This document shows positions 41,967 to 50,708 of a stretch of 64,000 nt of DNA, piece by piece. The notes under the pieces are model-generated. The model was not told the origin of the DNA. It was given only the letters and a program-made list of their open reading frames with translations, and ran no database searches. The stretch is from Nannocystales bacterium (GTDB lineage Bacteria; Myxococcota_A; Polyangia; Nannocystales; Nannocystaceae): NCBI GenBank assembly GCA_050633305.1, contig JBOEGF010000032.1:224001-288000 (forward strand). Reading direction: 5' to 3'. Within the stretch, counting starts at the first letter, position 1. Each line of letters begins with the position of its first letter. The position numbers and the translations under genes were made by a program.

Positions 41967-43628
41967 TCAGCTCGAGCTCGACTGCTGAGCCCGGCACAGG
42001 GCCTCGGCGACGGCCCGGCCGCCGCGAAGAGGGTCGGAGGCGAGCGCGTCCCCGCATCCGCTGGCCTCGAGCGCGGCCAGGACGGTCGCCCGTCGCAGGG
42101 GTGCACCCCGTCGAGCGAGTTGTCCGAGGGCGTGCTCAACCACACTCACGCTCGCGTTCCGGGTGGGGACAGCCTCGAATCCTTGCAGACTGGCACCCGC
42201 ACGCTGGACGAGTTGGTCGTCGCCTGGCCAAGGCTCGGCGGCCTCCGGCTGGGAGACGCGTGGGTCTCCGGATCTTCGGGGCAGCGGTGCAGACTCGGAC
42301 GCGGTCCACACATCATCGTCCTGGAGCCCGGCGACAAAGGCTTCGTAGCTCTCGTTCGCGAACACTTCGAGGACGTTGATGCTCGCCTCAGGGACGCGTC
42401 GCCCGTCTTGGTCAACGCACAGTCGGATGCCCCGACCGATCTCCTGTCGTTTGCGAACCGCAGAGTCCGAGCGCCCGAGCGTGCAGATCTGAAACACGTT
42501 GGGGTTGTCCCAGCCTTCGCGTAGGGCGGAGTGAGAGAAGACGAACGAAACCGGCTCGTCAAATGAGAGCAAGCGAGGCTTGTCGCGTAGGATCAGCTCG
42601 TACGCCTCGGCATCGGCGACCGCCCGGCCTGTCTTGGTGTCGACGGCTCGGCCAGCGCGGGTCGCAAAGTATCCCGACCGCACCGCGCTCGCGGGCAAGG
42701 CCGCGAACTCGGGCACCGCGTGCTTGAGTTCGTCGAAGTGTTGGTCGAAGAGGTTGCGAGCCAGGCCGTCCTCCTCCGCGTACGCCGAAACGCGATCGAG
42801 GAAGAATAGGGAGAGGACCTTGATCCCCAGCGGGCGAAGCGCGGCCGCGCGCTCCAGATGGGCCGCGATCGTACTGCGGATCTGCGAGGCGTACCCATCA
42901 CCGCCCCCCGCCGCCCGAACGATGATCGACTTCACCAAGCCGAGCCGGTGTGCTTCCGCGGGCGTCAGACGGTGCACGACGGGCCCCTCCCACCGTCCCA
43001 GCGTCGCGCCATACCCCAGCACCATCCCAGGGCACAGATCCGCCAGCGCGCCGGCCCGGAGTCCCGTCTGCATACGGTGCGGCTCGTCGACGATGACCAC
43101 AGCACGGGTGGCCGCGACCGCCGCGAGCGGGGACTGTCCTCCGAACGCATCGCAGGGCCGGCGAAGCACGTTGGTGTCTTTGGTGAACGCATCGATGGTC
43201 ACCACCATGAACTCCACCGTCGTCGCCCGCACGAACTGCCGCAGCCGCCCGAGGCGGTCCCGCTGGTAGGCAAAGAAGCGCGGCGACAGCCTCGGGAACA
43301 GCCGGGCGAAGTGCTCCCGAGTTCCTCGAAGGGTGGCCATGACCCCTTCCCGAATCGCGACCGAGGGCACCACGATGATGAACTTTCTGACCCCATGCAG
43401 GGCCGCCAGCTCGAGGGCGGTTCGCAAGAACACATACGTCTTGCCGGTACCCGTCTCCATCTCGACGGCCACTCGCGCGGGCAGCCCTATGGGGTTCGCA
43501 TGGGCGACAAGTCCCTGGGCATCGATACGCATCCCCGCCTCGCGTACCGAACCTGGTTCGACCGATCGAAGCACCGCGTCGATCGCAGCGCGCTGATGCG
43601 GCAGGTCCGACTCGAATCGAAGCTTCAC
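41967..43628 (-). CDS. res: Type III restriction-modification Res-like SF2 ATPase, shortened and lacking the endonuclease domain
   Basis: EMETGTGKTYV, KFIIVVPSVAIREG, DEPH, KVLSLFF, FSHSALREGWDNPNVFQIC, QEIGRGIRL, ANESY; only 553 aa. Confidence 0.85.
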   Translation of the reverse strand: MKLRFESDLPHQRAAIDAVLRSVEPGSVREAGMRIDAQGLVAHANPIGLPARVAVEMETGTGKTYVFLRTALELAALHGVRKFIIVVPSVAIREGVMATLRGTREHFARLFPRLSPRFFAYQRDRLGRLRQFVRATTVEFMVVTIDAFTKDTNVLRRPCDAFGGQSPLAAVAATRAVVIVDEPHRMQTGLRAGALADLCPGMVLGYGATLGRWEGPVVHRLTPAEAHRLGLVKSIIVRAAGGGDGYASQIRSTIAAHLERAAALRPLGIKVLSLFFLDRVSAYAEEDGLARNLFDQHFDELKHAVPEFAALPASAVRSGYFATRAGRAVDTKTGRAVADAEAYELILRDKPRLLSFDEPVSFVFSHSALREGWDNPNVFQICTLGRSDSAVRKRQEIGRGIRLCVDQDGRRVPEASINVLEVFANESYEAFVAGLQDDDVWTASESAPLPRRSGDPRVSQPEAAEPWPGDDQLVQRAGASLQGFEAVPTRNASVSVVEHALGQLARRGAPLRRATVLAALEASGCGDALASDPLRGGRAVAEALCRAQQSSSS

Positions 43629-43661
43629 CCCTGGCGCCTCCCCATCGTGAACCGGAGCGTA

Positions 43662-45299
43662 TCAGGCGGACTCGACACGAAAACGGGCCGCCAGCTCGAT
43701 CCTCTGCGCGTTGGACCACGCATCGTCCGGTACCACGATCGCCGCTCCTTCGGGCAAGCCCAACGCCTCGACGGCGACCGGATCACCGGGTTCCATCGAC
43801 CACGCGAATGCCTGCGATCCGTCTCGCAGAACCTTCCAGCTCCCGGCCCGTTCGAGCCGAGCGTGGAGCCCGACCCCGCACAGAAGCGCCCGAACAAACG
43901 GGTCGAACACCTTGTGACGGTTCGCCTCCGCCGCGCGAACCGCCTCCAGCGTTCCAACCTCAGCGTGCAGCGCAGCCTCCAAGGAGAACACCCGCACCCC
44001 GCCGCATTGCTGCGACACGCGGGTCCGGGTCACATCGCAGATCGTCTCGAACTCAGGGTCGTCGAGCGGCTCGGGCCACTGACCCAGCACACATGCCCGG
44101 TCACCGCCGTCCGACTCGTTCGCGCGGCCCACCGCCTCCGCAGTGGTCCCCGATCCGGCGAATGGGTCGAGCACGAGGCCGCTTCGGTCCGTCGCAAGCT
44201 GGACACAGCGTTGGACCAACGCCACAGGCTTGGGATGGTCGAACACTGGACGACCCAGCGCCTCGCGGAGATCGATGGTCCCCTGCTCGGTCCGCATCTG
44301 CGGCTCGTCCCACAGCCCTTTGGCCTTGGACGTATCCTTGCGGTGTTTCTCGTAGACGTTGAAACCACCGTCGCGGCGACGCTTGGCGACGACCTGAGAC
44401 AGCACCGGGTCATCGTCCACGACGGCGCCCTCGGCCTTGGGCTGCCCCCAGCGCCACACGCTGCCCGCCCCTGCCGCGTTCCGCGGCTCGACCACGACGT
44501 CGTATCCCGGACGCGGCTTCAGACTCACCGCGAGTCCGCCGTTGCCGTCCTCCCGCGAGGGATCCACGTAGAACGGATAGTACAGGTTGGGGCGATTGCC
44601 CGGGTGAAACCGCGGGTTTCGGTTGCGAAGCTCCCGCAAGACGTACGGACCGATCGCATCGCATCGCGCGTCCTTCGGCGGCGGCTTGGGCAGCTCCCGT
44701 ATCCGCGCCTGCGGGGTGGCCCCGTACACGAGCAAGTACTCGTGCCCGGTCGCGATGCGCAGGTAGTCACGCCCGCCGCGGTTGGTCACGACGACCACCT
44801 GCGCGATGAAGCAGTCCTCTCCAAAGACTTCATCGAGCAGCAGTCGAAGGTGATGCACCTCGTGGTCATCGATGCTCACGCACAACACCCCCTCAGGGGC
44901 GAGCAACGAGCGTGCGTGCCACAGCCGCGGGTACATCATCGACAGCCACGCGGAGTGGTAGCGCCCCTCCGAGCGCGGGTTGGCCCGCAGCGGTGTGCCC
45001 GTGTCGTCGACCTGCCCGGTCCTTCGCAAGAACCCGTCGTGCGTCTCGCCGAACCGGTCCCGATACACAAAGTCGCGCCCGGTGTTGTAGGGCGGATCCA
45101 TGTAGATGAGCTGTGCACGCTCGGCGTACCCCGGGCGAAGCAACTTGAGCATGTCGAGGTTGTCGCCCTCGACGAGTACGGTCCGCGCAGCGTCGAATCC
45201 CACGCTCCGGTCGAGTTGGGTACGCAGGCAGGTCTGCGGGGGCGCCCCCAGCGAGGCGAGCACCTGCGGCTTGTCGGTGAACTGCAGGCCGAAGCTCAT
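43662..45299 (-). CDS. mod: Type III R-M Mod subunit, N6-adenine DNA methyltransferase (beta class)
   Basis: EGDNLDMLK, IYMDPPYNTG, GRYHSAWLSMMYPRL, SIDDHE, FDHPKP, LDPFAGSGTT. Confidence 0.92.
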   Translation of the reverse strand: MSFGLQFTDKPQVLASLGAPPQTCLRTQLDRSVGFDAARTVLVEGDNLDMLKLLRPGYAERAQLIYMDPPYNTGRDFVYRDRFGETHDGFLRRTGQVDDTGTPLRANPRSEGRYHSAWLSMMYPRLWHARSLLAPEGVLCVSIDDHEVHHLRLLLDEVFGEDCFIAQVVVVTNRGGRDYLRIATGHEYLLVYGATPQARIRELPKPPPKDARCDAIGPYVLRELRNRNPRFHPGNRPNLYYPFYVDPSREDGNGGLAVSLKPRPGYDVVVEPRNAAGAGSVWRWGQPKAEGAVVDDDPVLSQVVAKRRRDGGFNVYEKHRKDTSKAKGLWDEPQMRTEQGTIDLREALGRPVFDHPKPVALVQRCVQLATDRSGLVLDPFAGSGTTAEAVGRANESDGGDRACVLGQWPEPLDDPEFETICDVTRTRVSQQCGGVRVFSLEAALHAEVGTLEAVRAAEANRHKVFDPFVRALLCGVGLHARLERAGSWKVLRDGSQAFAWSMEPGDPVAVEALGLPEGAAIVVPDDAWSNAQRIELAARFRVESA

Positions 45300-46600
45300 G
45301 CCACGCCCACGCGCTGCCCACCCTCGCGCAAGACGCTGATCCGCCCGCGCTGCCCGACCTCGAGGTCACCGCGCACCAGGGGCACGCGCACGTAGTTGTC
45401 GGCGAGCGCCATCGGATGCTCATGCCGGCCATGCTCGATCACCGCGTCCAGCGTCTCACCCACGACGCTCTCCGAGAATGCTTCGGTCTGGGCGTGGGAC
45501 AGATCGCGAAGCGCCTTGTTGCGGGCAGCCTTGACCTGCGGCGGCACCTGGTCCGGCATGCTCGCCGCGCTGGTGCCCTTGCGAATCGAGTACGTGAAGA
45601 CGTGGTGGTAGGCCACCGGAGCATCCCGCAACAGCGCGTAGGTGTTCTCAAACGCGGCGTCGGTCTCCCCGGGGAACCCGACGATCACGTCCGTGCCCAA
45701 GCCGACGCCGGGGACGCGTGCAGCCAGCTTTGCGGTGAGTTCTGCGAAGTCATCCGCCGTGTGCCCGCGCCGCATCGCGCGGAGCACATCGGGGTCTCCG
45801 CTCTGTACGGGCAGGTGCAGATAGCGGCAGAGCTTCGGCGCGTTCTCCGCCATCAGGGTGATGAGGTCGTCGTCGACTTCGTGCGGATCGAGGGAGCTGA
45901 GCCGAAGTCGAGCGTCCCCCAACACGGGAAGGACCGCCTCCACCAGATCGGCGAGCCGGACGCGCGGACGCAGGTCCCGCCCGAAGGTTCCAAGGTGGAT
46001 TCCGGTGAGCACCACCTCCGGCGCTCCGGCGTCGACCAGGCCACGCGCCTGAGAGACAACATCGGCCACGGCGAGGCTGCGCGACCCCCCACGGACCTGG
46101 GGGACGATGCAGAACGAGCACCGGTAGTTGCAGCCGTCTTGCACCTTGAGCAACGAACGTGTGCGTTGCCGGGGCGCGGCCGCGGTCAACGGCGTGAAGC
46201 TCTTGCGTCGCTTGAGCGCCGTCACCTGGACAAAGGGTGCCGTCGGTGCTGCGCCGGGATTGGGCGTCATCCCCTCGAGGACGCTCTGCAGCTCGCCCTT
46301 CTCGCCGTTGCCGAGCACCGCATCCACCTCGGGCATCGCCGCGACCAGCTCGGGCTCGGCGTTCGCGTAGCACCCGGTGACGAGCACGCGCACCGCGGGA
46401 TTGCGACGCTTGGCGCGACGGATCTGGGCCCGAGCGTCGGCGTCGGCCTGGTGGGTGATCGTGCACGAGTTGAGCACGAACACCTCGGCATCCTCGGGGC
46501 CCGACGCGATGTCGTGACCCGAGGCGACCAGGGCAGCCTCCATCGCATCCGTCTCCGACTGGTTGAGCCGGCAGCCGTGCGTGGCCAGAGCAACGCGCAT
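45296..46600 (-). CDS. mtaB: tRNA t6A37 methylthiotransferase (radical SAM)
   Basis: THGCRLNQSE, NSCTIT, KVQDGCNYRCSFCIVP, LTGIHLG, GTDVIVGFPGET. Confidence 0.88.
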   Translation of the reverse strand: MRVALATHGCRLNQSETDAMEAALVASGHDIASGPEDAEVFVLNSCTITHQADADARAQIRRAKRRNPAVRVLVTGCYANAEPELVAAMPEVDAVLGNGEKGELQSVLEGMTPNPGAAPTAPFVQVTALKRRKSFTPLTAAAPRQRTRSLLKVQDGCNYRCSFCIVPQVRGGSRSLAVADVVSQARGLVDAGAPEVVLTGIHLGTFGRDLRPRVRLADLVEAVLPVLGDARLRLSSLDPHEVDDDLITLMAENAPKLCRYLHLPVQSGDPDVLRAMRRGHTADDFAELTAKLAARVPGVGLGTDVIVGFPGETDAAFENTYALLRDAPVAYHHVFTYSIRKGTSAASMPDQVPPQVKAARNKALRDLSHAQTEAFSESVVGETLDAVIEHGRHEHPMALADNYVRVPLVRGDLEVGQRGRISVLREGGQRVGVA

Positions 46601-46693
46601 CGGCTGGAGATATCACAGCCGTGCAAGGCCGGCCACGGGCGACCGCGGTGGGTGTGAGCTGAAGATGCGACCGCTGCGCGCCCCGCCCCGGGC

Positions 46694-48118
46694 TCAGGGT
46701 TCAGGCCGGGCGTTCGAACTCGCCCCCCACCACGCGAGGGCGAACGCGAGCGCAAACGGAGCGACCCGCTCCCAGGCGGTCCCCGCGGTCGCAGGTACGG
46801 AGTAGGCCGCCACCGCCGTGCCAAACCCCACGACGATGGAAGCGAGCCGCTGCTGCCAACGAACCGAGCCGCGCAGGACGTGGACCAGCAGCACGGGACC
46901 GAACGCTGCGCCCATGGCCGTCCAAGCGAACAACACCTTGTCGAAAATAGACTTGTCCCCGACGAGCGCGGCGAGCACCGCGACCGCGCTGAGGACCACG
47001 ACGACGATCCGGGAGCGCCGAACCATCCGTTTGGGATCGCCATCCTCTTCGTCGGGAAGATCGTGGACCACCGCCGAGGCCGCGACGAGCAGCTGCGAGT
47101 CCGCCGTCGACATGATCGCCGAGAGCACCGAAGCGAGCACCACTCCGGCAACCACCGGAGGCAACAGGTGACGAGCTGCGGCGACGAAGGCGACCTCTCC
47201 ATCTCCCAGCGCTGGCAGCAACGCGCGTGCGCTCAAGCCGAGGATGATCATCCCCGTGTACAAGACGACGGCCCAACCCATCGCGATCACACGCGCCTGC
47301 CGAAGCGCCGCATCGTCCCGCACGGCCATGAAACGGTTGACGACGTGCGGCTGTCCTGGATACCCCAGGCCGATTCCAAGCAAGCCGAAGACGAACCCCA
47401 GCGCCGCCGCAGCGGGCATGTCTTGAGTGAGGCTGTTGAAGCCCGGGGTCGAAACGGCGGAGAGACGCTCGAGGAGCGCGCCGGGCCCCCCCACGGCGAG
47501 GAGCGCCGCCACCGGGAGGATGACCGAGGCGAGCGCCATCACGAACCCTTGCAACGTGTCCGTGAGACTGACAGCCAGGAACCCGCCCAACATCGTGTAG
47601 ACGACCACCACCGCGCTGCCCAGCAACACAGCTTCGGTCATCGGCATCGCGAACGTCTCCGCGAACGTCTTGCCGGCCCCCTGGAACTGGGAGGCCACGT
47701 AGGCCATCAACGACACCAACACGATCGCGGTGCACACCCGGCGGATCACTGCCGAGCCCGGCGCATCTCGGGTGCCCGCGAGCATCCCGGTCACCGTGAG
47801 CGCCCCGTCGGCGAGACTCCGTCGCCGCAACGCGGGCGCGAGGACATACCAGTTGAGCCAAAACCCCCCGACACACGCAGGGAAGAGCCACAGCGCGCTG
47901 ATGCCCTTCGCATACGCGAACCCGCTGACACCCAGGAGCGACCACGCCGAACTGCTGGACGCCGACGCGGAAAGGCCCGCGACCCACGGCCCGAGCGTCC
48001 GGCCCCCCAGGAAGAAATCGTCCGCGCCCTGGGTCCGGCGCTGCGCGACGAACCCGATGCCCAGGAGCGCCACCTTGTACAAGACGAGCGTGACGACGAT
48101 GGCGGTGGTTTCCGACAT
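46694..48118 (-). CDS. putP: Sodium/proline (SSS family) symporter
   Basis: DFFLGGR, LSASAS..SAWSLLG, GGFLAVSLTD, LGYPGQPH, SAIMSTADSQLL; about 13 TM helices. Confidence 0.85.
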   Translation of the reverse strand: MSETTAIVVTLVLYKVALLGIGFVAQRRTQGADDFFLGGRTLGPWVAGLSASASSSSAWSLLGVSGFAYAKGISALWLFPACVGGFWLNWYVLAPALRRRSLADGALTVTGMLAGTRDAPGSAVIRRVCTAIVLVSLMAYVASQFQGAGKTFAETFAMPMTEAVLLGSAVVVVYTMLGGFLAVSLTDTLQGFVMALASVILPVAALLAVGGPGALLERLSAVSTPGFNSLTQDMPAAAALGFVFGLLGIGLGYPGQPHVVNRFMAVRDDAALRQARVIAMGWAVVLYTGMIILGLSARALLPALGDGEVAFVAAARHLLPPVVAGVVLASVLSAIMSTADSQLLVAASAVVHDLPDEEDGDPKRMVRRSRIVVVVLSAVAVLAALVGDKSIFDKVLFAWTAMGAAFGPVLLVHVLRGSVRWQQRLASIVVGFGTAVAAYSVPATAGTAWERVAPFALAFALAWWGASSNARPEP

Positions 48119-48169
48119 GGGCAGGGCGCGCCGTTGACCCGGTGCGAGGCCGCACCATAGCCTGAGGAC

Positions 48170-49234
48170 ATGCGCACCACGTATGCCGCCGTCGTTGCCC
48201 TGTGCGTGGCTTGCGGGACGCCCGAGGAGACCGGCGAAGAGAGCAGCCCTCCGTCATCGACCAGCGAGTCCCCGTCGGGGGCCGTGAGTACGGAAAGCTC
48301 GGCGCAGAGCACCACCGACGCCACGGAGACGACCGCGGACCCATCCAGCTCCGGAAACGCGGGGACCGCCGAAGCCACCACCGACGCCACGAACTCCACG
48401 GGCCCCACCGACTGCGCGCCGCCTCCCGATGCCAGCCCCGCGTGGCTGCGGGGTTACCTCGATGAGGTCGTCGCTCGGATGACGGGGGCGATGGAACTCT
48501 CGCCAGGTGTGACGCTTGCCGAACGCTCTACACCCGCGAACCGGGCCGCCACCGCGGACTGGCTGGACGCGGAGTTTGGTGCGCTGGGTCTCGAGGTCGA
48601 ACGCCACGCCTACTCCGCACAGGGGACGAACATCGTGGGGCGATTGCCTGCGACCGAGCCCGGAGGACGGACCCTGGTCGTGGGTGCGCACTTCGACAGC
48701 GTCCCCGGATCGCCGGGCGCGAACGACAACGCCACCGGCGTCGCGTTCGTCCTCGCGCTGGCCCGCTACTCGAGTTCAATCGAGTGCCGCAGCCATGACG
48801 TGCTGTTCGTGGGTTTCGACCAAGAGGAGGTCGGGTTGGTGGGCAGCGAGGCGTACGCCGCGTTTCTCGTGGACCAGGGCGAGGACATCCTGGCGGTCCA
48901 CACGATCGACCAGATGGGCTGGGACCAAGACGGGGACCGAGCGATCGAGTTGGAACGCGCCGACGAAGGCCTGTACGAGGTCTACGAAGCCGCCAACGCC
49001 TCGCTCGGCACCCCGATCACCCTGCACTCGACCGGGACCGGCTTCACCGACCACGTGTCCTTTCGTCCGTACGGGTTCGCAGCCGTGGGTCTGACCGAAG
49101 AGTTCGTCAACGGTGACACCACGCCGCACTACCACCTCTCCACCGACAGCTACGAGACGGTGAACTTCGACCTGCTCGCCTCGACCTGCGTGTTGGGCAA
49201 CACCGCGTTCGCGATGCTCATCGACGCCGGCTGA
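48170..49234 (+). CDS. M28 family metallopeptidase lipoprotein
   Basis: Lipobox CVAC; VGAHFDS, GANDNATG, EEVGLVGS, TDH, YH..TD. Confidence 0.88.
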   Translation: MRTTYAAVVALCVACGTPEETGEESSPPSSTSESPSGAVSTESSAQSTTDATETTADPSSSGNAGTAEATTDATNSTGPTDCAPPPDASPAWLRGYLDEVVARMTGAMELSPGVTLAERSTPANRAATADWLDAEFGALGLEVERHAYSAQGTNIVGRLPATEPGGRTLVVGAHFDSVPGSPGANDNATGVAFVLALARYSSSIECRSHDVLFVGFDQEEVGLVGSEAYAAFLVDQGEDILAVHTIDQMGWDQDGDRAIELERADEGLYEVYEAANASLGTPITLHSTGTGFTDHVSFRPYGFAAVGLTEEFVNGDTTPHYHLSTDSYETVNFDLLASTCVLGNTAFAMLIDAG

Positions 49235-49574
49235 TCCGTCGACGCAAGCGCCGGCCGATGCTCCGCAACGAGGGGCGAGTCGGCGCGTCCGACTCTCTGG
49301 CTGGGAGCTCGCCGCGCGGTGGCCGAAGAAGCAACGGGAGCGACACCAGGCTCCGTGTGAGCTTGCCCAGCAAGGCGGCGGGGGACTCCGCTTCGACAGA
49401 GATCGCCACGTCCTGCCCGGCCACCGCGTCCTCCAGCGCTCCTCGCGCGACCGTTCTCGTGCCGTCGGAGCGGATCTCCACCACCAATCGCGCCACAACC
49501 GGGGGAAGTGCTTCCGCCCCTTTCGGCGCCACAGGCTCACCAAGGGCCGGCTTGGGGGCGTCGGAGTCGTCCAC
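49218..49574 (-). CDS. Hypothetical protein
   Basis: Compact ORF (VVARLVVEIRSDGTRTVARGALED) divergent from the DsbA gene; 17-bp convergent overlap with the peptidase. Confidence 0.5.
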   Translation of the reverse strand: MDDSDAPKPALGEPVAPKGAEALPPVVARLVVEIRSDGTRTVARGALEDAVAGQDVAISVEAESPAALLGKLTRSLVSLPLLLRPPRGELPARESDAPTRPSLRSIGRRLRRRISRRR

Positions 49575-49725
49575 AGCGTCAGGGTGCCCTCGTAGGGACC
49601 TTTCGTCACGCCCGTTCCCCGTCGATGGAAAATATCGATATAGTCCGCCGACTCAAACCGTTGAGTCGATGCCGGGCATCCGCTTGGCTTTCCGGCACAA
49701 CCACTAGGTAGGAGAAACCATTCAC

Positions 49726-50568
49726 ATGACACGGAAACGACCGAGCCTCCCAGGGCTTGGCGCAGCCGCCATGGCAGCCCTCATGATTGTGGGTTGTCAG
49801 GGGTCCGGGTCCTTCGCGCAGATGCAAGAGCAGCTCGCAGCGATCGACCAGAAGCAGGACAACATCTTGGCCAAGCTCGGTGAGCTTGAAGGCAAGATTG
49901 GCAAAGCAGGCCCCGCCGCGCCCCCCTCGAAAGCAAAAGGCCCTCGTCCGGGCCGTCCCGACCCGAAAGCCACCTACAAAGTGGCGGTTGCCCCCGACGA
50001 CGCGGCCAAAGGCCCCGCCGACGCCAAGGTGACCATCGTCGAGTGGTCGGACTTTCAATGACCCTTCTGTAAGAGAGTCGGTCCGACTCTCGCCAAAATC
50101 TCAGAGACGTACAAAGACGACGTACGCATCATCTTCAAACAGAACCCTCTGCCGATGCACAACCGTGCGATGCCGGCAGCGATGGCCTCCGAGGCCGCCG
50201 GCAAGCAGGGCAAGTTCTGGGAGATGCATGACAAGCTCTTCCAAGATCCCCGCGCACTCACCGATGAGAACATCGAGAAGTACGCGACGGAAATTGGCCT
50301 CGACATGGCCAAGTTCAAGGAAGATCTCAAAGACAAGAAGCTCGAAGCCAAGATCAAGAAGCAGCAGTCGCAGGGTTCCACCCTCGGCGCTCGGGGTACC
50401 CCGGCATTCTTCGTGAACGGTCGCTTCCTGTCCGGCGCTCAGCCCTTCGAGGCCTTCAAGGCCATCATCGACGAAGAGATGAAGAAGGCCGACGCGTTGC
50501 TCGCCAAGGGCACGCCGAAGGACAAGCTGTACGACGCGATCATCGCCAAGGGCAAAACCAAGCCCTAG
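49726..50568 (+). CDS. DsbA/DsbG-family thioredoxin-fold lipoprotein, predicted selenoprotein (in-frame UGA = Sec at 50059-50061, active site U-P-F-C), 280 aa
   Basis: Track ORFs 49726-50061 and 50155-50568 share one frame, broken only by TGA: KGPADAKVTIVEWSDFQ-U-PFCKRV...PLPMH...QGKFWEMHDKLF...GTPAFFVNG. RBS GGAGA and lipobox IVGC. Confidence 0.9.
50073..50091 (+). promoter_or_regulatory. Putative bacterial SECIS element
   Basis: Perfect 8-bp stem GAGAGTCG/CGACTCTC with a GTC loop, starting 11 nt after the UGA. Confidence 0.8.
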
Positions 50569-50708
50569 CTGACAGCTCCAGCTCGCGCTGGAACTTGCCG
50601 TCCTAGACGGCTTGCAGGCCGCGTTCCGGACCCCCGGAGCGCGGCTTTGTCGTCGGCGAAGACCCTGCCCACGGCGCGCAAGGAGATGCGATGAACGGGA
50701 GCCGTGGC

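Noticed and set aside
43625..43957. Alternative-frame ORF overlapping the mod end and res start, suggesting a frameshift
   Set aside because: The main mod frame already ends with a plausible Mod-like C-terminus. The alternative frame is Arg/Gly-rich and looks non-coding.
43662..45299. Phase-variable mod (phasevarion)
   Set aside because: I saw no simple sequence repeat tract in mod or upstream of it.
41967..45299. Mobile defence island around mod-res
   Set aside because: No integrase, transposase, tRNA, att-like repeats or evident GC shift, and mod is coupled to the housekeeping gene mtaB.
42858..45395. 845-aa plus-strand ORF, and similar long antisense ORFs such as 8850-10406, 17001-18704, 39690-41279 and 51821-53458
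   Set aside because: These are shadow ORFs opposite well-supported genes. They are expected in high-GC DNA and show no recognisable motifs.
49726..50568. Two separate small genes or a nonsense pseudogene for DsbA
   Set aside because: The single TGA falls exactly on the catalytic Cys position, the frame stays intact on both sides, and a SECIS-like hairpin follows. Sec recoding explains this better.
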